Virus record (IMG/VR): IMGVR_UViG_2541047764_000010
Strand: one strand, 5' to 3'
DNA from: a virus
Lineage: Duplodnaviria > Heunggongvirae > Uroviricota > Caudoviricetes
Length of the DNA stretch: 13,516 bases
Part shown: positions 1 through 8,112 of the stretch, one piece after another
Position numbering within the stretch: position 1 is the first letter of the stretch
Layout: each line of letters begins with the position of its first letter
The notes under the pieces: generated by a model
Databases searched by the model: none
What the model was told of the DNA's origin: nothing
The model's input: the letters and a program-made list of their open reading frames with translations, nothing else
Program-made: the position numbers and the translations under genes

Positions 1-828
1 CTATGCTGTTTTGATATCTACGATAACCCAGTCTTTACCACGATCATCATTGTATCGGTCGGTCATTTTTCTGGATTTATGGCCTAACAACTTTTGCGTA
101 TCCAGACCCTGTTCCCGATATAACCGTTCTGACAGAGATCGCTGCTCATGAAATGTGGGCGCAGTTCCTTGCTCCCATTTTATGCCACATTTTTCCCTGG
201 CCTTTTTAAAAGCCGTTGTCAGAGTATTTGCAGAAACCTGGTCTCCTCTGTTTGCTTGAGAGGTAGTGTGACGGTAATGGACCAGATATTTACTAACAAC
301 AGCATCCCTGCACTGAGATATAACTTCACGAAGGGTAATATTCAGAGCATCGCATTTCAGGTTAAGCGGAATAGCAAGTTTTGAACCGGTTTTTTCCTGA
401 GTAATGTGCAACATGTCGTCCCAGATATCAGAGAATTTCAAATTGCAGATATCACCTAAACGTTGTCCAGTAACAAGAGCAAGTAGCATGCCGCATTTTA
501 AATAGGGCTGCCGTCTGCTTACGCTTTCAAATATTGCCTGCCATTCGGGCAGTGACAATCTTTGGCGGTTTACTCGATTTCGCGGTTGTTTTGTTGCCTG
601 CGCTGGGTTAAATCCTGGCGGAACATGTCCTGCGTGTTGTGCTTCTTTGAAGACGTCGATCAACACCATTCTCACGACTTGCGCCATCCTGTTATGACCT
701 TCAGCCTTTACAGCATCAATTATTTCGGCAATATCAAGTGCGGTAATATCCTTGAGGTGTTGCATTCCACAATGCTCACGGAAAAGACGAATGGGTTTGC
801 CTTTTTGCCGATAGGAGTTGGGTCTTAG
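1..828 (-). pseudogene. int: Tyrosine integrase, 3' (catalytic) portion; separated from its 5' portion by an IS5 insertion
   Basis: Minus-strand ORF ending at TAG (plus 1..3). The translation has the lambda-Int-like C-terminal pattern (TGQRLGD...KFSDI, HEQRSLSERLY, LLGHKS...Y) and joins in frame to the fragment at 2024..2342 once IS5 and one TTAG copy are removed. Confidence 0.88.
825..828. repeat. Left copy of the 4-bp TTAG target-site duplication flanking IS5
   Basis: TTAG immediately precedes the IS5 left end (GGAAGGTGCGAACAAG at 829) and is repeated at 2024..2027; IS5 is known to duplicate YTAR targets. Confidence 0.85.
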
Positions 829-2023
<1,195 letters not shown>

Positions 2024-2027
2024 TTAG
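2024..2027. repeat. Right copy of the 4-bp TTAG target-site duplication flanking IS5
   Basis: TTAG directly follows the IS5 right end at 2023. Confidence 0.85.
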
Positions 2028-2342
2028 TTCATTATGTTGCAGCCTGTCCTCCTGGATAGAAATATATTTATCAAGCCATTCTGTCACCGTAATTTCTGAG
2101 CGCCTGCCTTTCATTCTTTCCAGACGCTCATTGACGCTTAATATTTGTCGGGTACGTTGTTCAGCAATAATGGTATTTGCTTCAGTAGCAACTTGTTTTG
2201 CTTCATTCTCATCAGTTCCTAAGCTATGAAAACGACCGGATAGTGGATGTTTGTATTGCCAATATACCTTTCCGGTTCGCTTATCTAATTTGCAATATAA
2301 ATTGGGTATAGAGATTTTGTGAGATCGGGGTCTAGCAGCCAT
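2024..2342 (-). pseudogene. int: Tyrosine integrase, 5' (N-terminal arm-binding) portion upstream of the IS5 insertion
   Basis: The minus-strand ORF begins MAARPRSHKISIPNLYCKLDKRTGKVYWQYKHPLSGRFHSLGTDENEAK..., resembling the lambda Int N-terminus (RRSHERRDLPPNLY...). After ...RLQHNEL the frame runs into IS5 and stops 12 codons later. Restored int would be about 380 aa. Confidence 0.85.
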
Positions 2343-2568
2343 CAGCGATTATCCGTTGGAGTTTTGGGTTTGCGTTTATTGGGAGTTGCGGTTCTGCAAG
2401 CGTTCCTACAAAACGGGAATTTCGGTCAATCATCCAGTAGCGACCAACTTTTATAGCGGGTGGGGCCATCATTTTCCCTTGCGCGTATTTTTTCAGAACT
2501 CGCTCACTTGGTGCTAAGTCCCCAAATTCTTCTTTAGCCCAGTCCTGTAAAGTGATTAGTCGAGACAT
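2332..2568 (-). CDS. xis: Excisionase (Xis-like)
   Basis: A 78-aa ORF immediately upstream of int, overlapping its start by 11 bp as in lambda xis-int. The N-terminal LITLQDWAKE...PPAIKVGRYWMI resembles the lambda Xis winged-helix region (LTLQEWNAR...PPPVKDGREYLF). Confidence 0.75.
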   Translation of the reverse strand: MSRLITLQDWAKEEFGDLAPSERVLKKYAQGKMMAPPAIKVGRYWMIDRNSRFVGTLAEPQLPINANPKLQRIIADGC

Positions 2569-2707
2569 TTGTCCTCCTCTTAGCTGCTGAGGGAGTTTGT
2601 GACCGATATATCTGACATGATATTAAGCTCATGGCAGGTACATCTCTTGACTGGTCATAGAGATAAATTTAATGCTGAGAAATGCAGTATTGAATTTATC
2701 AATTTTT

Positions 2708-2947
2708 CTATTTCCTGCGTATGGCACGTAACTTCTTAATGTGTTCTGCCGTTTCGATCTCTTCTGCTATCCGATCTGCATCAGCTTTATTCACAGGTTC
2801 AAAGTCATGATTAAAGCGGAACATGCTGGCGATACATGTTCTGCCTTTTCGGATGTAGTGAACTTTGTTGTAGGTAGAACGCAGGATTTTGCAGGGAGTG
2901 CCGTGGTGGTCGACGTACCAGGTGTTAGGAAAAATGATTCTGAGCAT
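2708..2947 (-). CDS. Hypothetical small prophage protein (79 aa), in the position of the lambda ea/b2-region accessory genes
   Basis: ORF with a GAGGTG Shine-Dalgarno 5 nt upstream of the ATG, co-oriented with the early-left operon. No family recognised. Confidence 0.5.
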   Translation of the reverse strand: MLRIIFPNTWYVDHHGTPCKILRSTYNKVHYIRKGRTCIASMFRFNHDFEPVNKADADRIAEEIETAEHIKKLRAIRRK

Positions 2948-2994
2948 TTTTACACCTCAGTTGGACGATGTTGAAATTTGCTGCTTTGAGGCCA

Positions 2995-3213
2995 TCACAA
3001 TCCCCATTGTTTGTTCTTAAGTTCGATCTCCTCCTGGCAACTTGCACAAGTCCGACAACCCTGAACGACCAGGCGTCTTCGCTCATCTATCGGATCGCCA
3101 CACTCACAACAATGAGTGGCAGATACAGTCTGGTAGTTCAGACGACGCATTTTTATTGCTGTATTGCGCTGTAATTCTTCGATTTCTGATGCTGAATCAA
3201 TGATGTCTGCCAT
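2995..3213 (-). CDS. TraR/DksA-family C4 zinc-finger protein (72 aa)
   Basis: Two CxxC pairs (CCECGD...CRTCASC) with the spacing and size typical of phage/plasmid TraR-like proteins. Confidence 0.65.
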   Translation of the reverse strand: MADIIDSASEIEELQRNTAIKMRRLNYQTVSATHCCECGDPIDERRRLVVQGCRTCASCQEEIELKNKQWGL

Positions 3214-3265
3214 CTTCCATTAATCCCTGAATTGTTGGTTAATACGCTTGAGGGTGAATGCGAAT

Positions 3266-3289
3266 AATAAAAAAGGAGCCTGTAGCTCC
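3266..3289 (-). terminator. Candidate rho-independent terminator (minus strand) between the 99-aa ORF and the TraR-like gene
   Basis: On the minus strand, a GGAGC-cuaca-GCUCC hairpin (plus 3275..3289) is followed by UUUUUUAUUA (plus A-run 3266..3274). The stem is only 5 bp. Confidence 0.4.
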
Positions 3290-3311
3290 CTGATGATTTT
3301 GCTTTTCATGT

Positions 3312-3611
3312 TCATCGCTCCTTAAAGACGCCGTTTAACATGCCGATCGCCAGGCTTAAATGAGTCGGTGTGAATCCCATCAGCGTTACCGTTTCGCGGT
3401 GCTTCTTCAGTACGCTACGGCAAATGTCATCGACGTTTTTATCCGGAAACTGCTGTCTGGCTTTTTTGATTTCAGAGTTAGCTTGACGGGCAATGCTGCG
3501 AAGGGCGTTTTTCTGCTGAGGTGTCACTGAACAAGCCCCATGCCGGAAAGCATAAGCACACAGAATATGAAGCCCGCCGCCAGAAAAATGCATTCTGTTG
3601 TTGTCATGCAA
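3312..3611 (-). CDS. Hypothetical protein (99 aa), in the position of lambda orf61
   Basis: The ORF start overlaps the stop of the upstream orf63-like gene (ATGnnTGA arrangement), suggesting translational coupling. I cannot confirm identity with lambda orf61 from memory. Confidence 0.5.
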   Translation of the reverse strand: MHDNNRMHFSGGGLHILCAYAFRHGACSVTPQQKNALRSIARQANSEIKKARQQFPDKNVDDICRSVLKKHRETVTLMGFTPTHLSLAIGMLNGVFKER

Positions 3612-3795
3612 GCTCTCTCTCGTTTGCCTCTGCTTTCGCCGCCATCATTTCCAGCTTTTGTGAAAGGGATGCGGCTAACGTATGAAATTCTTCGTCTGTT
3701 TCTGCTGGTATTGGCACAAACCTGACTCCAATTTGAGCAAGGCTATGTGCCATCTCAATGCTCGTTCTTAACTCAACAGGAGATGCTTTGTGCAT
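3604..3795 (-). CDS. Lambda Orf63-like small protein (63 aa)
   Basis: A 63-aa ORF between orf60a-like and the 99-aa ORF, in the lambda order orf60a-orf63-orf61 upstream of exo. Sequence recalled as lambda-like but not verified. Confidence 0.55.
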   Translation of the reverse strand: MHKASPVELRTSIEMAHSLAQIGVRFVPIPAETDEEFHTLAASLSQKLEMMAAKAEANERELA

Positions 3796-3956
3796 ACAGC
3801 CCCTCGTTTATTATTTATCTCCTCAGCCAGCCGCTGGGCTTTCAGTGGATTTTGGATAACAGAAAGGCCGGGAAATACCCAGCCTCGCTTTGTAACGGAG
3901 TAGACGAAAGTGATCGCGCCTACCCGGATATTATCGTGAGGATGCGTCATCGCCAT
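3768..3956 (-). CDS. Lambda Orf60a-like small protein; likely 60 aa from the second ATG (3950)
   Basis: ORF directly downstream of exo on the same strand, overlapping the exo stop. Starting at Met3 gives exactly 60 aa. Confidence 0.55.
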   Translation of the reverse strand: MAMTHPHDNIRVGAITFVYSVTKRGWVFPGLSVIQNPLKAQRLAEEINNKRGAVCTKHLLLS

Positions 3957-4627
3957 TGCTCCCCAAATACAAAACCAATTTCAGCCAGTGCCTCGTCCAT
4001 TTTTTCGATGAACTCCGGCACCATCTCGTCAAAACTCGCCATGTACTTTTCATCCCGCTCAACCACGACATAATGCAGTCCTTCACGCTTCATACGCGGG
4101 TCATAGTTGGCAAAGTACCAGGCATCTTTTCGTGTCACCCACATGCTGTACTGCACCTGGGCCATGTAAGCCGACTTTATGGCCTCGAAACCACCGAGCC
4201 GGAACTTCATGAAATCCCGGGAGGTAAACGGGCATTTCAGCTCAAGGCCATTGCCGTCACTGCATAAACCATCGGGAGAGCAGGCGGTGCGCATACTTTC
4301 GTCGCGATAGATGATCGGGGATTCAGTAACATTCACGCCGGAAGTGAATTCAAACAGAGTTCTGGCGTCGTTCTCGTACTGTTTTCCCCAGGCCAGCGCC
4401 TTAGCATTAACTTCCGGAGCCACACCGGTGCAAACCTCAGCCAGCAGGGTGTGGAAGTAGGACATTTTCATGTCAGGCCACTTCTTTCCTGAGCGGGGCT
4501 TTGCTATCACGTTGTGAACTTGTGAAGCGGTGATGACGCCGAGCCGTAATTTGTGCCACGCATCATCTCCCTGCTCGATAGCTCTCACGTCGATCCCGGT
4601 ACGCTGCAGGATAATGTCCGGTGTCAT
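3947..4627 (-). CDS. exo: Lambda exonuclease (Red-alpha), 5'-3' dsDNA exonuclease
   Basis: The 226-aa translation [35 protein letters not shown]...GFVFGEQWR is near-identical to lambda Exo as I recall it. The start overlaps the bet stop (ATGA), as in lambda. Confidence 0.95.
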   Translation of the reverse strand: MTPDIILQRTGIDVRAIEQGDDAWHKLRLGVITASQVHNVIAKPRSGKKWPDMKMSYFHTLLAEVCTGVAPEVNAKALAWGKQYENDARTLFEFTSGVNVTESPIIYRDESMRTACSPDGLCSDGNGLELKCPFTSRDFMKFRLGGFEAIKSAYMAQVQYSMWVTRKDAWYFANYDPRMKREGLHYVVVERDEKYMASFDEMVPEFIEKMDEALAEIGFVFGEQWR

Positions 4628-5409
4628 GCTGCCACCTTCTGTTCAGTGGCTTTTTGTTTCAGGAATCCAAGAGCTTTCACTGCTTCGTCCTGTGTCAGTT
4701 CTGACGATGCACGAATGTCGCGGCGAAATATCTGGGAACAGAGCGGCAATAAGTCGTCATCCCATGTTTTATCCAGGGCGATCAGCAGAGTGTTAATCTC
4801 CTGCATGGTTTCATCGTTAACCGGAGTGATGTCGCGTTCCGGCTGACGTTCTGCAGTGTATGCGGTATTTTCGACAATGCGCTCGGCTTCATCCTTGTCA
4901 TAGATACCAGCAAATCCGAAGGCGAGACGGGCACACTGAATCATGGCTTTATGCCGTAACATCCGTTTGGGATGCGACTGCCACGGCCCCGTGATTTCTC
5001 TGCCTTCGCGAGTTTTGAATGGTTCGCGGCGGCATTCATCCATCCATTCGGTAACGCAGATCGGATGATTACGGTCCTTGCGGTAAATCCGGCATGTACA
5101 GGATTCATTGTCCTGCTCAAAGTCCATGCCATCAAACTGCTGGTTTTCATTGATGATGCGGGACCAGCCATCAACGCCCACCACCGGAACGATGCCGTTC
5201 TGCTTATCAGGGAAGGCGTAAATTTCTTTCGTCCACGGATTAAGGCCGTACTGGTTGGCGACGATCAACAATGCGATGAACTGCGCATCGCTGGCATCAC
5301 CTTTAAATGCCGTCTGGCGAAGAGTGGTGATCAGTTCCTGTGGGTCGACAGAATCCATGCCGACACGTTCAGCCAGCTTCCCTGCCAGCGTTGCGAGTGC
5401 TGTACTCAT
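4624..5409 (-). CDS. bet: Lambda Bet (Red-beta) single-strand annealing protein
   Basis: The 261-aa translation [66 protein letters not shown]... matches lambda Bet. Confidence 0.95.
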   Translation of the reverse strand: MSTALATLAGKLAERVGMDSVDPQELITTLRQTAFKGDASDAQFIALLIVANQYGLNPWTKEIYAFPDKQNGIVPVVGVDGWSRIINENQQFDGMDFEQDNESCTCRIYRKDRNHPICVTEWMDECRREPFKTREGREITGPWQSHPKRMLRHKAMIQCARLAFGFAGIYDKDEAERIVENTAYTAERQPERDITPVNDETMQEINTLLIALDKTWDDDLLPLCSQIFRRDIRASSELTQDEAVKALGFLKQKATEQKVAA

Positions 5410-5414
5410 CCGTT

Positions 5415-5831
5415 TTATACCTCTGAATCAATATCAACCTGGTGGTGAGCAATGGTTTCAACCATGTACCGGATGTGTTCTGCCATGCGCTCCTGAAACT
5501 CAACATCGTCATCAAACGCACGGGTAATGGCTTTTTTGCTGGCCCCGTGGCGTTGCAAATGATCGATGCATAGCGATTCAAACAGGTGCTGGGGCAGGCC
5601 TTTTTCCATGTCGTCTGCCAGTTCTGCCTCTTTCTCTTCACGGGCGATCTGCTGGTAGTGACGCGCCCAGCTCTGAGCCTCAAGACGATCCTGAATGTAA
5701 TAAGCGTTCATGGCTGAACTCCTGAAATAGCTGTGAAAATATCGCCCGCGAAATGCCGGGCTGATTAGGAAAACAGGAAAGGGGGTTAGTGAATGCTTTT
5801 GCTTGATCTCAGTTTCAGTATTAATATCCAT
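5415..5831 (-). CDS. gam: Lambda Gam (RecBCD inhibitor), 138-aa long form
   Basis: The translation [61 protein letters not shown]... matches lambda Gam. It overlaps kil by 46 bp, as in lambda. Confidence 0.95.
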   Translation of the reverse strand: MDINTETEIKQKHSLTPFPVFLISPAFRGRYFHSYFRSSAMNAYYIQDRLEAQSWARHYQQIAREEKEAELADDMEKGLPQHLFESLCIDHLQRHGASKKAITRAFDDDVEFQERMAEHIRYMVETIAHHQVDIDSEV

Positions 5832-5929
5832 TTTTTATAAGCGTCGACGGCCTCACGAAACATCTTTTCATCGCCAATAAAAGTGGCGATAGTGAATTTA
5901 GTCTGGATAGCCATAAGTGTTTGATCCAT
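5786..5929 (-). CDS. kil: Kil (host-killing FtsZ inhibitor), 47 aa
   Basis: An internal ATG at 5929 gives [47 protein letters not shown], matching lambda Kil. The 89-aa ORF in the track is an artefactual upstream extension. Confidence 0.9.
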   Translation of the reverse strand: MDQTLMAIQTKFTIATFIGDEKMFREAVDAYKKWILILKLRSSKSIH

Positions 5930-6062
5930 TTTTTGGGACTCCTGGCTGATTAAGTATGTCGATAAGGCGTTTCCATCCGTCACGTAATTTACGGGTGATT
6001 CGTTCAAGTAAAGATTCGGAAGGGCAGCCAGCAACAGGCCACCCTGCAATGGCATATTGCAT
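5898..6062 (-). CDS. cIII: cIII (protects cII from FtsH), 54 aa
   Basis: Hand translation of the minus strand from the ATG at 6062 gives [54 protein letters not shown], matching lambda cIII. An AAGGAG Shine-Dalgarno lies upstream. It overlaps kil by 32 nt in another frame and is absent from the ORF track. Confidence 0.9.
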   Translation of the reverse strand: MQYAIAGWPVAGCPSESLLERITRKLRDGWKRLIDILNQPGVPKNGSNTYGYPD

Positions 6063-6134
6063 GGTGTGCTCCTTATTTATACATAACGAAAAACGCCTCG
6101 AGTGAAGCGTTATTGGTATGCGGTAACGCCGCGC

Positions 6135-6503
6135 TCAGGCGGCTTTGATAGTCATATCATCTGAATCAAATATTCCTGATGTATCGATATCGGTAATTCT
6201 TATTCCTTCGCTACCATCCATTGGAGGCCATCCTTCCTGACCATTTCCATCATTCCAGTCGAACTCACACACAACACCATATGCATTTAAGTCGCTTGAA
6301 ATTGCTATAAGCAGAGCATGTTGCGCCAGCATGATTAATACAGCATTTAATACAGAGCCGTGTTTATTGAGTCGGTATTCAGAGTCTGACCAGAAATTAT
6401 TAATCTGGTGAAGTTTTTCCTCTGTCATTACGTCATGGTCGATTTCAATTTCTATTGATGCTTTCCAGTCGTAATCAATGATGTATTTTTTGATGTTTGA
6501 CAT
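6135..6503 (-). CDS. ea10: Ea10-like early protein (122 aa; lambda Ea10 is a reported ssDNA-binding protein)
   Basis: A 122-aa ORF immediately upstream of cIII in the lambda order. Size and sequence match my recollection of lambda Ea10. Confidence 0.7.
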   Translation of the reverse strand: MSNIKKYIIDYDWKASIEIEIDHDVMTEEKLHQINNFWSDSEYRLNKHGSVLNAVLIMLAQHALLIAISSDLNAYGVVCEFDWNDGNGQEGWPPMDGSEGIRITDIDTSGIFDSDDMTIKAA

Positions 6504-6523
6504 CTATTCATATCCTCACAGAT

Positions 6524-6549
6524 AAAAAATCGCCCTCACATTGGAGGGC
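6524..6549 (-). terminator. Candidate rho-independent terminator (minus strand) upstream of ea10, in a tL-like position
   Basis: On the minus strand, a GCCCUC-caaugu-GAGGGC hairpin (perfect 6-bp stem, plus 6532..6549) is followed by GAUUUUUUAU (plus A-run 6524..6530). Confidence 0.6.
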
Positions 6550-6763
6550 AAAGAAGATTTCCAATAATCAGAACAAGTCGGCTCCTGTTTAGTTACGAGC
6601 GACATTGCTCAGTGTATTCACTCGTTGGAATGAATACACAGTGCAGTGTTTATTAGTATGCCTGTCTTTTAACCACATCAGGCTCGGTGGTTCTCGTGTA
6701 CCCCTACAGCGAGAAATCGGATAAACTCTATTCACCCCTACAGAGAGCAAAAGAGAAACGCCG

Positions 6764-7345
6764 ATGAACAACTCATGGTGGCAGGAACTAATGCATTTTT
6801 TCCTGCAAGGAATGACACTTAAACAGTTGATTCATATGCTAATCATCCTGATCATATTGATTATTGTTATGCCTGTAAGCGTAAAAGAATGGATAAACCT
6901 GCATAATCCAGAAATCCTTCCTCATTACTGGATGTATTACATCCTGTTGTTTTGCGTTAGCTATGTGCTTAACGGCGTTGTTAATTCCGCTTATCACGCT
7001 GTGACTGTAAGAATTGAGATATTCGCTGCTCAGAAGCGCAAATCTAAAGAAGAGAAATACGTGCAAGATTTGTTTGATTCGTTAACTCTTGGAGAAAGAG
7101 CGTATTTGGCATTCGCTGTAGCCGCTAATAACCAGCTAAAGACAGAAAAGGGAAGCCCTGAAGCAATCTCATTGCTCGAAAAAGGGCTTCTTATTCGGGT
7201 ACCTTCTGCTACTGGATATCCTGAAATCGACCGTTTTGTTATCCCGGAACGCTATAGAAATGAGTGCTACATTAGGTTTGCTGGGAAGAAAGACAGTCTT
7301 ATGGATGAACTTATCGCTCAGGATAAGCATGGCAAAAACAAGTAA
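6764..7345 (+). CDS. sieB: Superinfection exclusion protein B (SieB)
   Basis: A 193-aa ORF on the opposite strand to the pL operon, between ea10 and N, with a hydrophobic N-terminal segment (LIHMLIILIILIIVMPV) and AT-rich composition. Size, position and sequence match lambda/P22 SieB as I recall. Confidence 0.75.
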   Translation: MNNSWWQELMHFFLQGMTLKQLIHMLIILIILIIVMPVSVKEWINLHNPEILPHYWMYYILLFCVSYVLNGVVNSAYHAVTVRIEIFAAQKRKSKEEKYVQDLFDSLTLGERAYLAFAVAANNQLKTEKGSPEAISLLEKGLLIRVPSATGYPEIDRFVIPERYRNECYIRFAGKKDSLMDELIAQDKHGKNK

Positions 7346-7361
7346 TTAGCAAATGAATTTA

Positions 7362-7670
7362 TCATCTCGCCGTCAGTTGTTTTGATTTCCGGTAGCCTGC
7401 CGCGTAAATAGCTACGTTTGGCAGGCAAACACTTCCACTGCATTCATCTACTTTCTTGCAGCGAAGGCTTCCGAGTGATATTGCTTTTTCAGAAAGGCTT
7501 AACCGCTTTCTCGGGTCTTCCTGAACAGGTTCCTCACTGTCTGTGCCGAAGATCGAATCGATGATGTTGCAGATGGAATCACGCTCGATGGCCAGCTTTC
7601 TGCGCCGCTCATGACGGCGAGTTTTGGCATTTCCTGCAAATGTTGATTTTCCGTACACGATTACCGTCAT
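7362..7670 (-). CDS. N: Antitermination protein N, P22-type (gene 24-like)
   Basis: From the ATG at 7670 (GAGGA Shine-Dalgarno 7 nt upstream) the product is MTVIVYGKSTFAGNAKTRRHERRRKLAIERD... (102 aa). The arginine-rich motif matches P22 gp24, and P22-type boxB sequences are present at both nut sites. Confidence 0.88.
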   Translation of the reverse strand: MTVIVYGKSTFAGNAKTRRHERRRKLAIERDSICNIIDSIFGTDSEEPVQEDPRKRLSLSEKAISLGSLRCKKVDECSGSVCLPNVAIYAAGYRKSKQLTAR

Positions 7671-7788
7671 GATGTTTTCCTCATGTGAAATGGCTTTGGT
7701 GGTGATGCGCCAGATGCTGATCTTCTGGTTGCTGTCGTTACTGCTGCAATTCACATCACCCCAAACCCATCTCGTTTGGTATCTGTTC

Positions 7789-7822
7789 GCGCTTTGTCAG
7801 CGCATCATCGAAGTTAAAGAGC
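7789..7822 (-). promoter_or_regulatory. nutL: nutL (boxA + P22-type boxB) on the minus strand
   Basis: The minus strand reads GCTCTTTAA (boxA-like, plus 7814..7822), an 8-10 nt spacer, then GCGCTGACAAAGCGC (plus 7789..7803), a 5-bp stem with GACAA pentaloop identical to P22 nutL boxB as recalled. Confidence 0.85.
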
Positions 7823-7859
7823 CTGCCAATCTGTTCCGTTTGGCTGCCAGCGTCCTGCT

Positions 7860-7915
7860 GATGGCGATTATAATGAACCAATAGTTCGATATTATCAAGA
7901 ACTATAAGTACGAAT
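7860..7915 (-). promoter_or_regulatory. Candidate pL promoter and OL operators
   Basis: A minus-strand TATAAT (plus 7867..7872) lies about 40 nt upstream of nutL; no good -35 hexamer is seen. Two 15-bp sites spaced 24 bp apart, TGAACCaatAGTTCG (7874..7888) and AGAACTataAGTACG (7898..7912), share a consensus with three sites in the cI-cro region. Confidence 0.45.
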
Positions 7916-8080
7916 TGTTTGTGGTTCATTAACTTAATGAGATATGTTTTTGATATGTAAAGGAATTTATTTTTGTAAAGATTGAAGATTGGTCAGTAGG
8001 AGAGAAAGAATTGTTTGCTGGCGTGTTAGTTCGTGGGTTAGCACATGTGCGGATGTTAAATAAGGTAGACGATCGTGAGG

Positions 8081-8106
8081 AAAAGAAAAACCGGCGCTGA
8101 GGCCGG
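8081..8106 (-). terminator. Rho-independent terminator (minus strand) 6 nt downstream of the 299-aa gene; analogous in position to lambda timm
   Basis: On the minus strand, a CCGGC-cucagc-GCCGG hairpin (plus 8091..8106) is followed by UUUUUCUUUU (plus 8081..8090). Confidence 0.6.
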
Positions 8107-8112
8107 GTATAA

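Noticed and set aside
148-828. Plus-strand ORFs 148..384 (78 aa) and 562..828 (88 aa)
   Set aside because: They lie antisense inside the integrase coding region with no Shine-Dalgarno or recognisable domains, and are most likely frame artefacts.
4530-5527. Plus-strand ORFs antisense to exo and bet (4530..4796, 4553..4846, 4972..5448, 5255..5527) and the minus-strand ORFs 4941..5174 and 5369..5683
   Set aside because: They are embedded in, or out of frame with, the well-supported exo, bet and gam genes. There is no independent evidence for them.
5786-6055. 89-aa minus-strand ORF in the six-frame track
   Set aside because: It is an artefactual upstream extension of kil (true start at 5929). 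The same DNA encodes cIII (5898..6062) in a different frame.
6087-6111. Short hairpin (AACGC...GCGTT around a CTCGAG core) between ea10 and cIII as a terminator
   Set aside because: The stem is only 4-5 bp with a 10-nt loop, and the U-run overlaps the stem. It is too weak to call and may instead relate to cIII leader structure.
6589-6771. 60-aa minus-strand ORF in the ral position
   Set aside because: It does not resemble Ral, has no evident Shine-Dalgarno, its 5' end overlaps the divergent sieB start, and it spans the inverted-repeat hairpin. This is more likely non-coding.
7671-7754. N-terminal extension of N to 130 aa from the upstream ATG at 7754
   Set aside because: The P22 gp24-like sequence begins at MTVIVYGK (ATG at 7670), which has a GAGGA Shine-Dalgarno. 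The extension has no homology support.
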